Shown: one piece after another, positions 9,736-22,500 of the stretch
Layout of the letters: each line of letters starts with the position of its first letter
Numbering within the stretch: the stretch's first letter is position 1
Assembly (NCBI GenBank): GCA_030704615.1
Contig: CM060733.1
Coordinates: 50,158,001 to 50,222,000, forward strand
DNA length: 64,000 bases
Direction of reading: 5' to 3'
From: Takakia lepidozioides
Taxonomy: Eukaryota > Plantae > Bryophyta
Position numbers and translations under genes: made by a program
The notes under the pieces: generated by a model
Databases searched by the model: none
The model's input: only the letters and a program-made list of their open reading frames with translations
What the model was told of the DNA's origin: nothing

Positions 9736-12700
9736 GACTAGCAGCCACACTCTGCGAGAGTGGGGAGGTCACTTCATCTTCTGCGGAGTTGGTAGAAGGT
9801 GTAGTGGCAGAGAAATCCTTGGATTTGAGGGTCAAGACTGCCACGGCTGCGCCATGGCAAGCTGCAGCTTCCAGATTGATGGAGCTGCCAGCTAGGCCAG
9901 CCTTTGAGCGCGCCATGGTGACACCTGGAGTTGTCTTGTTAGACAACCAGGATGACATTTTCTCTTTGAGTGGACCGGCAGGCAAGAGGTACCGGCCACT
10001 ACAAGTCTTGTTGGACTCGGGAGCTTAGCCACTGATGTTGGGCAGAGCTGCTATTGCAGGTTTGGGCCTCATGGAGACGGATATGGAGCCTTGTCCTTTC
10101 CAGATACAAACATCTCTGGGAGGATCAGAGCAGGCTCAGGGCATGACACGGCGTGAGTTGGCTATTAGACTACAGTCGGATCATCCTATAGATGGCTCAG
10201 TGATGCGAGCCAAGGCCATTGTGACAGATGCGGTCTCTTATGATGTCCTCGTTGGTGGGGCAGTGTTGTATCCCATGGGCTTTACCCTGGATTTTTGGGA
10301 GGAGTCAGCATCCTACAGGCCTGGATGGCAGTCAGGGGATGGTCGTCGTGTACAGCTCCCTGTGACGTTCATTGGGGGTGTTGCTGCTGCCCAACGGGGC
10401 AAGATGCCAACACTAGCAGCCTTCACAGCTGTAGTTAGTTGGCCTGGAGAGTTGCTGGAGGGCAATGCCCATGCAGAGGATGTGCCACCTCCAGCAGAGC
10501 AAGATGACATGCATGGTACAGCGGAGTTGCCTGCCATGGTTTCTCACACTCCATTGTGGGGTACGAGCAAGGATTTGAAGCAGGCTGCTGATAGACGTGT
10601 GCAACAAGCCTGGGTAGAGGCCTTTGTACCGTCAGGAGAGGAGGAGAATGCGGTGATTGCACCAGGACCACCTCAGTTGTTGCCATTGGACACCACACCT
10701 CTTGTGTGGCAGTGCCCGGATGAAGGCATATGCCTTCTGGATTTGTTTGGCGGGATTAGCACTGGATTGGCTGCAGTGCTGCAGATAGGTGTACGAGTTC
10801 GACGTTACCTATATGTGGAGAGGGATGAGACTGCACGACGCGTCTCACTGCGCCATGTTGCTCAGTTGGTGCAGCAGTACCCTGATTTGTTGCCAGTGTC
10901 TGCAGTTTGTGGATACCAACAAGCATTGCCAGTAGACATCTCTTTGCTGGGGGCGCATGATTTGGAGCGGGTTGACCCTATTCACTTGGTAGTGGCAGGT
11001 TGGTCCTGCCAAGGGCATTCATCAGCCGGGCATGGCAATGGGTTACAAGACTCAAGGTCACGCCTATTTTGGGAGATGTTGAGGGTCCTACGCTATTTAC
11101 AGCTTCAGCAGACAGACCCTCCGGCATATATCTTGAAGAATGTGCCATTGATGGGTGATTCTAGGGCCAAGGTGATGGCCAGTGTGCATCAAGTGCGGTC
11201 TTGGCTTGGATTAGCAGTGTTGCTGGACGCAGCTACAGTGGGGTCACGCGCTCATTCCCCACGACTATGGGGACCAACTTGATGCCAATGCACTGCTCAA
11301 GCGTGCATTGATGGGGTGCAACGGCCACCAACACCTGACGGTGGATAGCATTTTGGACATAGGGAGACAGTCTCAGCGTGTGAAACACGATGACCGGTCA
11401 CCTTTGGCAGTGGTCAATAAGGTGGGTCACCCACGAGCCGCATTGCCTACACTGCTCAGCTTTCTAGGATCCCATGCTTTTCAGGATGGTGGACCTGGCC
11501 TCTTGTGGGATAGCTAGTTGCAGCAAATAGTAGAGCCCTATGCTGACGAGGCGGAGCGGGGGGGGCGATGGGTACCACTGGTACCACGGCGGTGCCATCT
11601 CTTTCTAGGGCATCACGTCGTACAGGTGTTGGGCAAGCAAATGGATCTCAATTGCTTGGCCTGGATTCTCAGCTTGGCTATGGCTGAGCAGCGTAGAGTA
11701 CGGAGTACACTTCCCTTGATGGTCTCCCTGCCTACCGAGACGGTACAGGCAGCGAGTGGGGGCGAACAAGTGAGGACCACGAGGTGCAAGCCGCATCCAT
11801 GGCTCACGTGGGAGGTGCTCGAGGTTCAGAAGGAGTTGGCAGCCAAGGCGGCGGTGATGGATCAGGTTGGGGATTTTTTTCGGGTTGAGGAGGTCCTTAA
11901 GGATGGGAATGATGGGGAAGGATGAGATTGTCACAACAGAGCAGGAAGTGGTCACTGCTCAAGAGGTTGCAGCATAGCAACCAAGGGAACGCGTCTTCTG
12001 CTCTAAGCCTGCTGGACTCAAGGTTGTAGTCACGGAGGATAACTCGGAGCCTGATGTTGGACCCATAGTCACCGGAGGAGAGAGACGACATATACGGCGG
12101 TTCTTGAGGGCTTACAGGAACTGCTTGCCTTCAATTTGAAGGACTTAGGAGCACTGAAGGGTCAAGAGATTCGCATTGAATTGGCTACTGACACGCCAAT
12201 CTTTTGGAGACTCTATAGATAGAGTGACATGGAGAGGTCCTTGATTCAGATGAGAACTCAGGACCTTTGGAGGCTGGTTTGGTCGAGCTATCTGGGGGGG
12301 GAGAGTATGCTTCAGCCACAATGATGCCAGCCAAGAAGGATATCTATGGCAATGGACGGAGAGACGTATGTGCGGTGATTCGGCCTGTAAATCGTCAGAC
12401 CAAGTCCGATAGGTATGCCATGCCGACACCAGAGGATGATCTTAATGCCATTGGGCATGCCAAGGTCTTTGCACTTTGGATTTACGATCCGGATATCATC
12501 AGTTGCCGATCAAGGAGGCGGATAAGCCGGAGACGACATTCTGGGGGGATCAATGAGCCGGGAAGGATTGCCTATCCAGTGGTGGTTCTTACCATTTGGG
12601 CTTAAGAACGCTCCGGCAAAGTTTCAGAGAGTCATGGACAGGATTTAGCAGGGTGGAGTTGCTTGGTGCTACATAGATGACATCATCATCTTTAGTGCTA

Positions 12701-13313
12701 CGGTGGAGGAGCATGAGAGACACCTTCAGGCGGGTATTGAGCGCTTGAGGGCGCACGGATTGAAGTTACATCCGGGGAAGTGCAAGTTTTTCCACAACCA
12801 AATTGAGTATGGGGTCACATGATATATCCTGGAGGATTGGGGGTACAGCAGACTAAGGTAGAGTCCATTGCACAGACTTCCACGCCCCACGGAATGTGAG
12901 CCGAGTTCCAGCTTTCATGGGGTTAGCAAACTATTATAGACGGTTTGTTAAGGGATTTAGTGCCATTGAAAAGGCTCTAACCAAATTGACCAGGTGTTTG
13001 GACAGGAAGTGGGTGGAAGTGGGCAGATGAGCAAGAACGAGCTTTTCAAGAGCTCAAGGCGAGGTTGACCTGGCGCCTATCTTGAGACGACTATCAGGGG
13101 GCAGCTTTCAACTGCATTACAGATTGGAGCATGCTGGGGCTTGAGCGGTGCTCACACAGGTGGATGATGAGGAAGAGAGTTCGTAGTGGCTTGTGTAGCC
13201 GCTTCGGAACAACGCTGCAGAGACAGAGTATAGTCATATGAGGGAGAATGCTTAACTGCGTAGTGGGGAGTGGCACACTTCAGGCAGGGATGCCTCGGCG
13301 GGAGCCTGGTGGG
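9736..13313 (+). mobile_element. Ty3/gypsy pol fragment: aspartic protease, C5 DNA methyltransferase, RT, RNase H; degenerate
   Basis: VLLDSGA protease (about 10005-10025); RT motifs YAMPTPE, LPFGLKNAPAKFQRVMD, CYIDDIIIF, LKLHPGKC, GLANYYRRFV; RNase H (DWS..GLGAVL, EGECL) up to the gap. Many frameshifts. Confidence 0.9.
10720..11660 (+). pseudogene. C5-cytosine DNA methyltransferase domain embedded in gypsy pol
   Basis: Motifs in canonical order: I LLDLFGG, II YVERD, III VDIS, IV AGWSCQGHS (PC to SC), VI ILKNV (ENV to KNV), VIII GSRAHSPRLW, IX EPYADEAE, X LGKQMD. In frame with the protease. Confidence 0.85.
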
Positions 13314-13813
13314 NNNNNNNNNNNNNNNNNNNNNNNNNNNNNNNNNNNNNNNNNNNNNNNNNNNNNNNNNNNNNNNNNNNNNNNNNNNNNNNNNNNNNNN
13401 NNNNNNNNNNNNNNNNNNNNNNNNNNNNNNNNNNNNNNNNNNNNNNNNNNNNNNNNNNNNNNNNNNNNNNNNNNNNNNNNNNNNNNNNNNNNNNNNNNNN
13501 NNNNNNNNNNNNNNNNNNNNNNNNNNNNNNNNNNNNNNNNNNNNNNNNNNNNNNNNNNNNNNNNNNNNNNNNNNNNNNNNNNNNNNNNNNNNNNNNNNNN
13601 NNNNNNNNNNNNNNNNNNNNNNNNNNNNNNNNNNNNNNNNNNNNNNNNNNNNNNNNNNNNNNNNNNNNNNNNNNNNNNNNNNNNNNNNNNNNNNNNNNNN
13701 NNNNNNNNNNNNNNNNNNNNNNNNNNNNNNNNNNNNNNNNNNNNNNNNNNNNNNNNNNNNNNNNNNNNNNNNNNNNNNNNNNNNNNNNNNNNNNNNNNNN
13801 NNNNNNNNNNNNN
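13314..13813. other. Assembly gap (500 N)
   Basis: Run of N; adjacency across it is not established. Confidence 1.
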
Positions 13814-15385
13814 GGTAAAGTTTGCTATCTCATCGAGGCTGGGGGAACACGTCAGGTGCAGTGGAGACAACCAATCTGGCGAGCATTGCACAGCTGGTTG
13901 GGGTGGTGGCATTTTCGGTAGCGACAGTTCGGACAGTACAATGCGGGAGGTAGGCTGCTGTCATTTTCGTTCATTTGTCTTTCTGTACGGACATTTTGAT
14001 TGGCCCTCAACACCATTGTTGTTGTGTCCTTCTAGGAGCGGTGCTTGGATTCCGACACGGACATGCCGAACACGAATATGGCAGAATCGGTCCACTCCTC
14101 CTGGCGAGCGTCTTCTGCCGCACATCTGGTGGACGTAGTGACGGCCACACCGGAGGACATCGACAGAGCAATCATGCAGCAAGCAACGTACTACAAGTTC
14201 CTGAGGGGCAAACAATGGGGCTTTGGGCCGGACAGGGAGGAATTGTTGGTACGAACAGCTTCGAGGTCCAAGAACCACTGAAATGGGGCGACAGCATTGC
14301 GAGAGAAGATCAAAGGGACGCCTCTGCACCGTAGAGGTGAACACTAGAGGGGGACGTCCGGACTCGCCCTGTGAGGCGGAGGATTGAAGAGGAACCCGGG
14401 TGCGAAGAGATTCCTGGAGAGATCCGACAGGAACATTCGGACAGCACCTCGAGGTCCAGTATGTTGCACGAACAATGTGTCTTCCAGCAGTGGAAGCCCA
14501 AGAAATTCCAGATCGCCGTCGCTTCAACCGGGGATTTCGTGCGAGAAATTCCACCGCTCCCTTGCCCCAGATCGACCGCTGTTATGCAGTATGGCCAAAG
14601 CCATTGTGGAGACGACTGTGTCTGCATCACAGTGGGAATTGCTCGCACAAAGCCGTTGTTTCGAGGAAGGTGTTCCGCAATTCGTGGGGTATACACGGCA
14701 ACGTTGTTTAGAGATGATAAGGAGGAATCCAGAGGGGCTGTCCCTGCTCCTACTTTTAAAGGAAGATTTGTCCATGCAAAGTTTCGGAGGCGACAACCAC
14801 CCCAGTTCTGGGTTCTGCAGGCACGACATTATGACTTGCGTGTGTATGGAAAAGCCAAGTACGGCATCAAACATGCCAGAGGCTCCCCCGGTGTGGCCGG
14901 TGGAACCAGGGCTGCGATCTGAGTCAGGTTGAGGCCGACGCCCCTTACCGCAGCAGGATTCGGATGGTGTCAGCGCACTGACGTCCCCAGACAACCATTT
15001 CCGCTTCCACAGCCTCCACCACCGACCCCTGTGAGAGCAAGAACAATGGGACACGACAGCTTAAGCATCCTACAACACCGTTGGGGGAAACCGAGAGAGG
15101 CCGGCGACCTCCCTCAAAAGTGAACGAGACAAGGATGGGGAATGCACTTGGATGAATGTACAATCCATAGCCTCGACAGAAGTGCCCCACCAGGATTTGG
15201 GTGTGGTTGTGGTATCAGATGGCCACGGCAGGCTCAGCTGTTCGCAATGAGGTGTACACCATCACCATTTCAGAATTACCCACCTGCAATTGCACCGACT
15301 CCAGATCATGGCGAAACAAGGGGGCATCTACTGCCCTTGCAAGCATTTGTACTACGTGTACCTAAAGAGACTCTGTTGTAATTCC
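13814..15385 (+). pseudogene. MULE-3: C-terminal part of a transposase of the same family (catalytic-Glu region to SWIM finger), frameshifted
   Basis: GWWHFR, an intron at about 13950-14035, then MPNTNMAESVHSSW (MULE TN..ES.H motif), FWFCRHDIMTCV...PPVWPV, and SWIM YTITISELPTCNC...CPCKHLYYVYL matching the SWIM at 29675-30088. Confidence 0.7.
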
Positions 15386-15449
15386 ACACTGGCAGCCAAA
15401 TGCGCATGATTTGAAAGTAAGGTGCCAACGACTGCGAAGGACTAAATTC

Positions 15450-18050
15450 CTTCCAAGCCAAATCCAACACAATGGGAATTTGGTTGAAGGGCATAATCAC
15501 AATCTGACTGCTGTACTCCCGTGCAGCAGGAGTTTTAGTGGGTTAAAAGCAGCATTCCCCCATAACTCAGGCTGTAGTGGCTGTGGTGTGGCTATAGTAA
15601 CAACAGGGTCAGTACTGGCACAGTGACTTGTGGTGGTGTGGTGGCACTGGCTCTTGTACCATTTGGCATCTCCTGCCACCCCTTGCGAAGAAGACTGAAA
15701 AGCCAAAGTTCGCTTGTAAATAAGAAGCCATCAGTTGCTCCTCAGGTACAAGACTCTCTTGTCAATATTTGATGTCAGGTCCTCCACCTGAGTCTGCAGG
15801 CCATCTACATCCTCTTGTAGCTCCGCTATTCTACTATAGACATTGTTTATAGTAGTTGTGGTGTGGCAATGTTCTGCACTTGCAGTCTGACTGAGCTTCA
15901 TCATCTCGCTTGGGTGTGAACTTTCGTGGTGCTTTGCCTTCACCGGCCCTGTGCTAACCAGACTTGCATAAGGTGGTTATCCACCAAGTTACTTGTGGCA
16001 CCCCTGAGAGTCTATTCCTCTGTGAGCCTGTACACATCTATCTACTGCTGTGTAAAGCCTCCATGCGCTTCGCATGAGGTTCAACCAAATTCGCATATGC
16101 AGCAGCCAAATTATTGGCTTCCTTCCAAGCCTTGTTAACCACAGAGAGTTCATTCTATTGGACATGAGCGGTTGTTGTAATTCCAGGATGTACCTCTCTT
16201 GGTTAGCTTCAACCTGCCTGTATTGCTTGAAGGTATTCTCATTGCGACAGATTGTATTCTTCATATCGACAATGAGAGTTTCGTCTTGCTCGACATTTCT
16301 GCCTCTGCCCTCGTACATCTTTTCCGCTTGACTGTTAACTTCTAATGTAGTGTGCTCAAGCGTCGTTGTGAGTGTAGCACATTGTATGGCCATCCTGTCA
16401 TGCACTGTCTGTAACTCCGTATGTAGTGCATTCACTTCTTGCAACTTGCTTTCATGCTTCTCCTGCATTTGGTATATAGCTGTTGCTTATGTGCTTCGTG
16501 CAACTGGTCTTGCGCGCGAGGCCTGCCTCAATCAATTGTTCTTGGCCAATTGCAAAGCAGCTTTTGTACTCTCTAGTCTTGCTGTATCTTGAGAGTGACC
16601 TCCTCATCGACCTTGTTTGCACACTCAGTGGCAAGTCGAGCCTCAAACTCCTTCCTGAGTTCCTCCCTCAAAGCTGCCAATTGGGTAGTTGGAACATGGG
16701 ATTTGACATAAGTGCCCAACAAATTAAGTGTCCTGCTTATGGAACTCATAAGCATGGCCTGTTGAGGGTCATCATGGTGAGCTTGCTGCTGTTCTCCCTG
16801 ATCCTCAACAGTGTGATGCCTCACGAACCATCATTCAGGCCATTGCCCCACCAGATTTTCTTCTGAACCATTTCATCCGTCACAGGTGCTTCAGTGTCTT
16901 GACATTCTACCTGTGGTACCTCCGTCACATGTGTGTGTATTATATGCACACATCAGGGTTTCCCTGGACAACCGCTGCACCTCTGCAATCATTGTTTCCC
17001 TGATCAAACCAGAATTTTCATAGAGAAGGTCCCCCTTCTCAATTTTTGCCACCACTTGTTCTGTAGTGGGGATATCTAACCCTTCTTTCTCCAAATCAAT
17101 TATTTGTGGTGGAACTGCATGGACAACTTGTGGTAACTCTATGACAAGCCAATCATGTGGCTGTGATGGCTGTGATACTGAAGTAACTTCCTCTTCCCTC
17201 TCTGAAGGCCCTGCTTCCAATAATAGCAGCTCTCTGTGCTGATGTGCCCCTTCTTGCACAAGAGCTTGGGAAACATTATCATGCGGTTTTCGTGAAGCCA
17301 GTGGATCCACCACTACAGTCTTTCCCCGCCTCTGTCTCTTAGACTAGGGTTTCCCTGCCAGTCCACCCTCACTGTGTGAAGAGCCTTGCTCTTCCATTGT
17401 AGTGGTTTCGGCCTCAAACACTCCCATCTCCTTTCTTTCCCGAGCATCAAGTATGCAAGAATCAAGAATTATTTGAGCAATGATTGGGCCATACACTATG
17501 ATATGAGACTTTGCGGCAGTGCCCTGTAATCTTTTCATCTCCTCTACCAGTGCGTTGTACATTATGTCCGCCCATGCTACCTCTTCTCCTCTCAGGGCTT
17601 TGAGTATTTCCTCTGTAAAAGATCTGCTCAAATACTGTTGGTTCTGTTTCATGGCAAACAGAACGTTCAATACCTGGCCTACTTCCCTTAGCCCTGGGTA
17701 CACGGTCTTGGTACAAGCATAACCCTGAGTTAAAGAAACTCCCTTCTTGGAATAAGTCCCCTATTTGCAGTCTTGCCCTGTGCTCCTCCACATGCACCTG
17801 ACCTGATGGCAATTCAAACAATTGCTGTAGGTATAGGGGAGTAATTTCTAATTCAACTCCCTTCACCGTTGTTGCTCCTGTCCTAGGCTCAAAGTTCTGC
17901 AAGAATTATAACAGATACTGCCTATGGTGCAATGTCCAATCTTTGCTTTGCAATCCTTCTAATCGCAGCTCCTTCAATAACTGTACCGCCTATGGAGTAG
18001 CAATCGTTTGTTTCTGCAGGATTGTGGTGCTTTTCACCCTGATTTCTTCC
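15450..18050 (-). pseudogene. Extra 3' ORF of Gypsy-2 (Athila-like plant transposon protein followed by a long coiled coil), fragmented
   Basis: Fragments 17462-17902 (NFEPRTGATTVKGVELEITPLYLQQLFELPSG), 17344-17703 (GEEVAWADIMYNAL...YGPIIAQI), 16891-17313, 16573-16824 and 15989-16468; same strand as pol. Confidence 0.55.
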
Positions 18051-18774
18051 ATTCCTCTCACTCTCTTCATTCTAGACCCACAGAAAGGTTTTGGCTGTAA
18101 CAATTGAAGAAATGCCTGCAGGGCACAAAGCATAAACGTATGGTTGCCACAAAATGCTATGGGTAATTTCTTGTAAGTCTGCGGGGCTTGCAAGCATTGA
18201 TTAAGAGAAAAGATACTCTCTGTTCTTCTATCCCCGTGCCACTGCGTAAGTAGTATCGCGAGCGTATAGTCTGTTAGTTCCTCCATAGCTTCAAAGCTAT
18301 AGCATTGATGGTCTGTCCCGTCGTGACGCCCGTTACTTGGAAGGACGCCGACTCTTGCACTTAAAATTCCTCCATTTTCTTGATTCTGCTTCTGGCCTTT
18401 GATTGGCTGTAACTGCTGTGACTGGATTTTAGATTTCATTTCCTTCCATGGATTTTCCACTCTGGACTGTCCACTAGGATAGCACATGTGACATGGATTT
18501 CGCTTTTTGGTACTTTTTAAGGGTTCCGTTACCCTTTCCCCGTATGCATTAATGGGCCCATAATAAGTTAATGTGCCGGGTAGGTACTTTGACGGCCAAT
18601 TTTGTCTTTTTCCTTGATGACAGTCGCCCTTGCAATCCATGTCCGGCTCTGTGTCTCGTCCTAGCGTCCACGTGTCCATTTCTACACGTGCCTTTGTCCA
18701 CTTTTCCGCTGGCCACTCGCCGGATGTTAACCCACGTCCATCTGTCACTGATCCTATGGATTGTGTAACCCTAG

Positions 18775-19000
18775 TAGGCTGTGTTGTGTTGTGACAGGCT
18801 GTGTCATACTGTGGTACGCTGTGATAGGCTGTGTGGCATTGTGGTAAGTTGTGATAGGCTGTGTCACACTGTGATGGGCTGTGATGGGCTGTGATAGGCT
18901 GTGTTGCGCCGTGTTGGGCTGTGATAGGCTGTGTCGCGCCGTGCTGGGCTGTGATAGGTTGTGTCGCGCCGTGCTGGGCTGTGATAGGCTGTGTCGCGCC
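18775..19000. repeat. GCTGTG-based tandem repeat (30-bp unit GCTGTGATAGGCTGTGTCGCGCCGTGCTGG) after the integrase
   Basis: Directly visible; gives the ATQPITAQHG repeat in ORF 17990-19051. Confidence 0.9.
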
Positions 19001-19129
19001 TGTACTGCCCGCCGTGGTCATATACGCTCGGCCTAGCGACAAGTGCTCCATACTCTGTTGGTATCACTGGCGCAGCCCGTGACTGCTTTTGCGTTTCAAC
19101 ATGCAAATCATGCTGTAATGGTTTGTCAT

Positions 19130-22100
19130 GGATACCACTGTACCCCTTCAACTTATTGGCATTGACTCTTCCCAGTATCTCTTTGTTAATGGTTTGTAAC
19201 ATGGCGGTGTTGTTATCATACATCTTCTGTATGACATAAGGTCATTTCCATGGTGATTTAAGCTTAGAAGCTTTAATCTTTCCCTTCTTCTGCAACCAGA
19301 GAACCAAATCTCCCGTCTTAAAAGTCTTTATCTTGCCTTCATCAAACTGTTCCTTTCTCTTCATCTGAATTCTGGTCATGTTATCAGCTGCATCAGCACG
19401 TACTTCTTCCACATGGTATAATTCATGTTTCCTGACCTTAATTGAATCTTGCAATTCCATTCTCTTTCCCCATTCCGTTCTCATGGTAGGTAACAGGAAT
19501 TCCACTGGAAGTAAAGCTTCCATACCATAAACTAATTGGAATGGTGTATACTTAGTGGTGACTTTATATGAAGTCATGTATGACCACAAAGCTGTCAGCA
19601 GCTTTGTATCCCAATCCGTTCTGTTTGCATTGACTATCTTAGCCAAGATAGTACATAGTATTTTGTTGGTAGCCTCTGCCTGCCCATTACCCTGTGGGTA
19701 ATATGTTGTACTCTTCCTATGCACAATCATGAACTCTTTAGTCAATAATTCAATGGTCTCATTAATGAAGTGACTTCCCTGATCACTGATAAATTCCAAG
19801 GGACAGCCAAATCGTGTAAGTATGTTCTCATACAGGAACCTTGCTGTGGACTTGGCTGTGTTGTCCCTCAAAGCTTTAGCTTCCACCCACTTCGTAGTAT
19901 AATCAGTGGCTGTAATTATGTACCTGTTCTGTGTATTCTTGGCTGGTGGGTTAATTGGTCCAACAAAGTCTAGTCCCCATTTCTGAAATGGTTCCGTAGG
20001 CATTGTAGGATGCAAAGCCATCTTCCTAGATCTCTGCAAAGGTCCTAGCCTCTGACATTCATCACAACTCTGACAATACTTGTGTACATCTTTGAACAAA
20101 GTAGGCCACCAGTAACCTGCATGTAGTATCTTCCTACTGGTAGTCTCTTCTCCAAAATGACCTCCTGCCACTCCTTTATGAACTTCCTCCAAAACTTTAT
20201 TAACTTCATGGTGGTATAAGCATCGCTTCAGCACTCCATCTGGTCCTAGCTTATACATTCTGTTCCCTACCATAGTGTAAGGTAGAGCCTTGATAGCAAT
20301 TCTCTTTCTCTGCTCCTTTCCATAACTTGGTGGGCACTGACCATGAGCAAGGTAGTATCTGATTGGCCACTGCCAATCTAACCAGTCATCTGCACTTCCT
20401 GCACCTCCACTGCAAATAGACTCGCATCTGGTAATTGATCATCTACTCCGTGGCTGGTTCTCCTGTTGATAACCGTGACAAGTGATCCGCCACAAGATGC
20501 AGCCTCCCAGGCTTGTAAACAACCTCGAACTCAAACTCGTGCAAGATTATCAACCATCTTGCTATTCTTCCGCTTATCAGAGGTTTGTTTACCAGGTATA
20601 TCAGAGCCTGGTGATCTACATAGAACATAAACTTCTTGCCCAACAGGTAATGCCTGAATTTCTTCACTGCATAGATCATTGCCAATGCTTCTCTTTCCGT
20701 TGTGCTATAATTTCTTTCGGCATTGTTCATCAATCGGCTAGCATAGTACACAGGTGAATCTATCCTTCCTGTAACATTTTGGGCTAACACTGCTCCTAGT
20801 GCTTCTCTAGAAGCATCACAGTGAACATGAAATATTTCTTGCCAGTGAGGATTAATCAGCACAGGTGTAGTTGTTACTGACAATGTAAGTTCCTCAAAAG
20901 CGTGTTGACATTCAGGTGTCCATGCAAACACTGCATCTTTCTTCAGAAGTTTGCTCAATGGTGCTGCTATCTGTGCATACCATCTGACAAATCTTCTGTA
21001 ATAACTGGTTTGCCCAAGGAATCTCCTTAGACTCTTAACATTCACTGGTGGTGGAGAGGCTTTAATGGCCTCTGTTTTCCTGGGATCCACAAGAAGTCCC
21101 CTCTTACACACAATTTGTCCTAGAAGCACCCCTGAGTTCACACAGAAAGTACACTTCTCTGGATTCAGGCCCAGACCTCTCATCCTGCATCTGGCCAGAC
21201 ATAACTCCAATTTATGCAAGTGCTCATTCTTAGAGCTGTACACACTGAAATCATCCAAAAACACCTGCATGAAATCATCCAGATACTCATGAAAAGATTC
21301 ACTTATCACTCTCTGAAAGGTTGCTGGTGCATTACAAAGTCCAAAGGGCATGACTTTGTATGCATAAGCACCCCAGTCTGTGATGAAAGCTGTCTTTCCT
21401 TGGTCTTTTTCTGCCACTTGCACTTGATTATAACCACTGAAGCCATCCATGAATGAGTACATCTCATGGCCTGCCACAGTGTCCAATATTGCTTCTGTGA
21501 ATGACAAAGGGAAAGGATCTTTCTTCGTACAAGCATTCAGCTTCTTGTAGTTCACACAAACTCTTAGTTTGCCATTCTTCTTGGGAACTATCACAATGGG
21601 TGACAACCAAGTTGTATACTCTATTGGGTATATAAACTTAGCCTCAGCCAACTTCTTGATCTCTTCTCCAACCTTCTGTGCATAGTTGGGATTCATTCTG
21701 TACCTTGCCTGCTTGATTGGTACTGATCCTGGTTCCAGTTCAATCTTATGCTGACAGATCTCAGGTGGTATCCCTTTTAGATCCTCGTAGCTCCAAGCAA
21801 ATACATCTCTGTATTTGATGAACAAACTCTTAGCTTCTTCAAAGAATTCTGGCTCCAAATCAGCTCCTACCTTCACCATCCTTGGTTCCTCTTTGGTTCC
21901 CACATTCACTTCCCTCACCTGCTCATCAGCTGTGATTGTCCAACCAGTCACCACTTCATCCTGTAAACTCACAGTGGCTGGTTCCTCTAGGATTTCCATT
22001 TCTCCTTCTCTTTCTTCATAGAAATGTGATGGGTAACTGCTGGTTTCCTCTTCAATTGGTGTTGCTGACACTACACCACAACAGATACCTCTTAAACAAC

Positions 22101-22500
22101 TTAGGCCTTCCAGCCGCATCTTTGCAACCTGCTCCCACTCTGGGTGTGCAGCAAATAGGGTAGCTTCCTGCTCCTCATCCAGTTCTCCTCTCCAGTCTCT
22201 GACCCCTCGAGGTCTTCTCGTAGCAGGTAATCTACTAGATTTCTTTGTGGTAATTTGTATCTCGTGCATCCCATTATGCACGGTTAGTAACTGAGAATTC
22301 CAGTCATGGAATACCCTGGCCTGTTTCAGCCACGGACGTCCCAATAATAAGGAGTAAGCCTCCATGACTTCATCCATCTTCAACACAGTTACTGTGATCA
22401 TAAAGATCATCTTCTGTATCTGTATCTTAACTCTTATCAATCCCAATGGCTGTACACTCATTTGATCTGCCTCCATCTATCAGTACATTAGTTAGTTCTG
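19130..22500 (-). pseudogene. Gypsy-2 pol (protease, RT, RNase H, integrase) with a few stops and frameshifts
   Basis: VLIDGG; YKVMPFGLCNAPATFQR; VFLDDF; HCDAS; NYSTTEREAL; integrase H-x-GH...CDECQ, WGLDFVGP, SDQG, GQAE, WK*PY. Confidence 0.95.

Noticed and set aside
13248-14138. Long ORFs spanning X runs
   Set aside because: Artefacts of the N gap.
17990-19051. 353-aa ORF as a real gene
   Set aside because: Largely low-complexity repeat translation with no recognisable domain.
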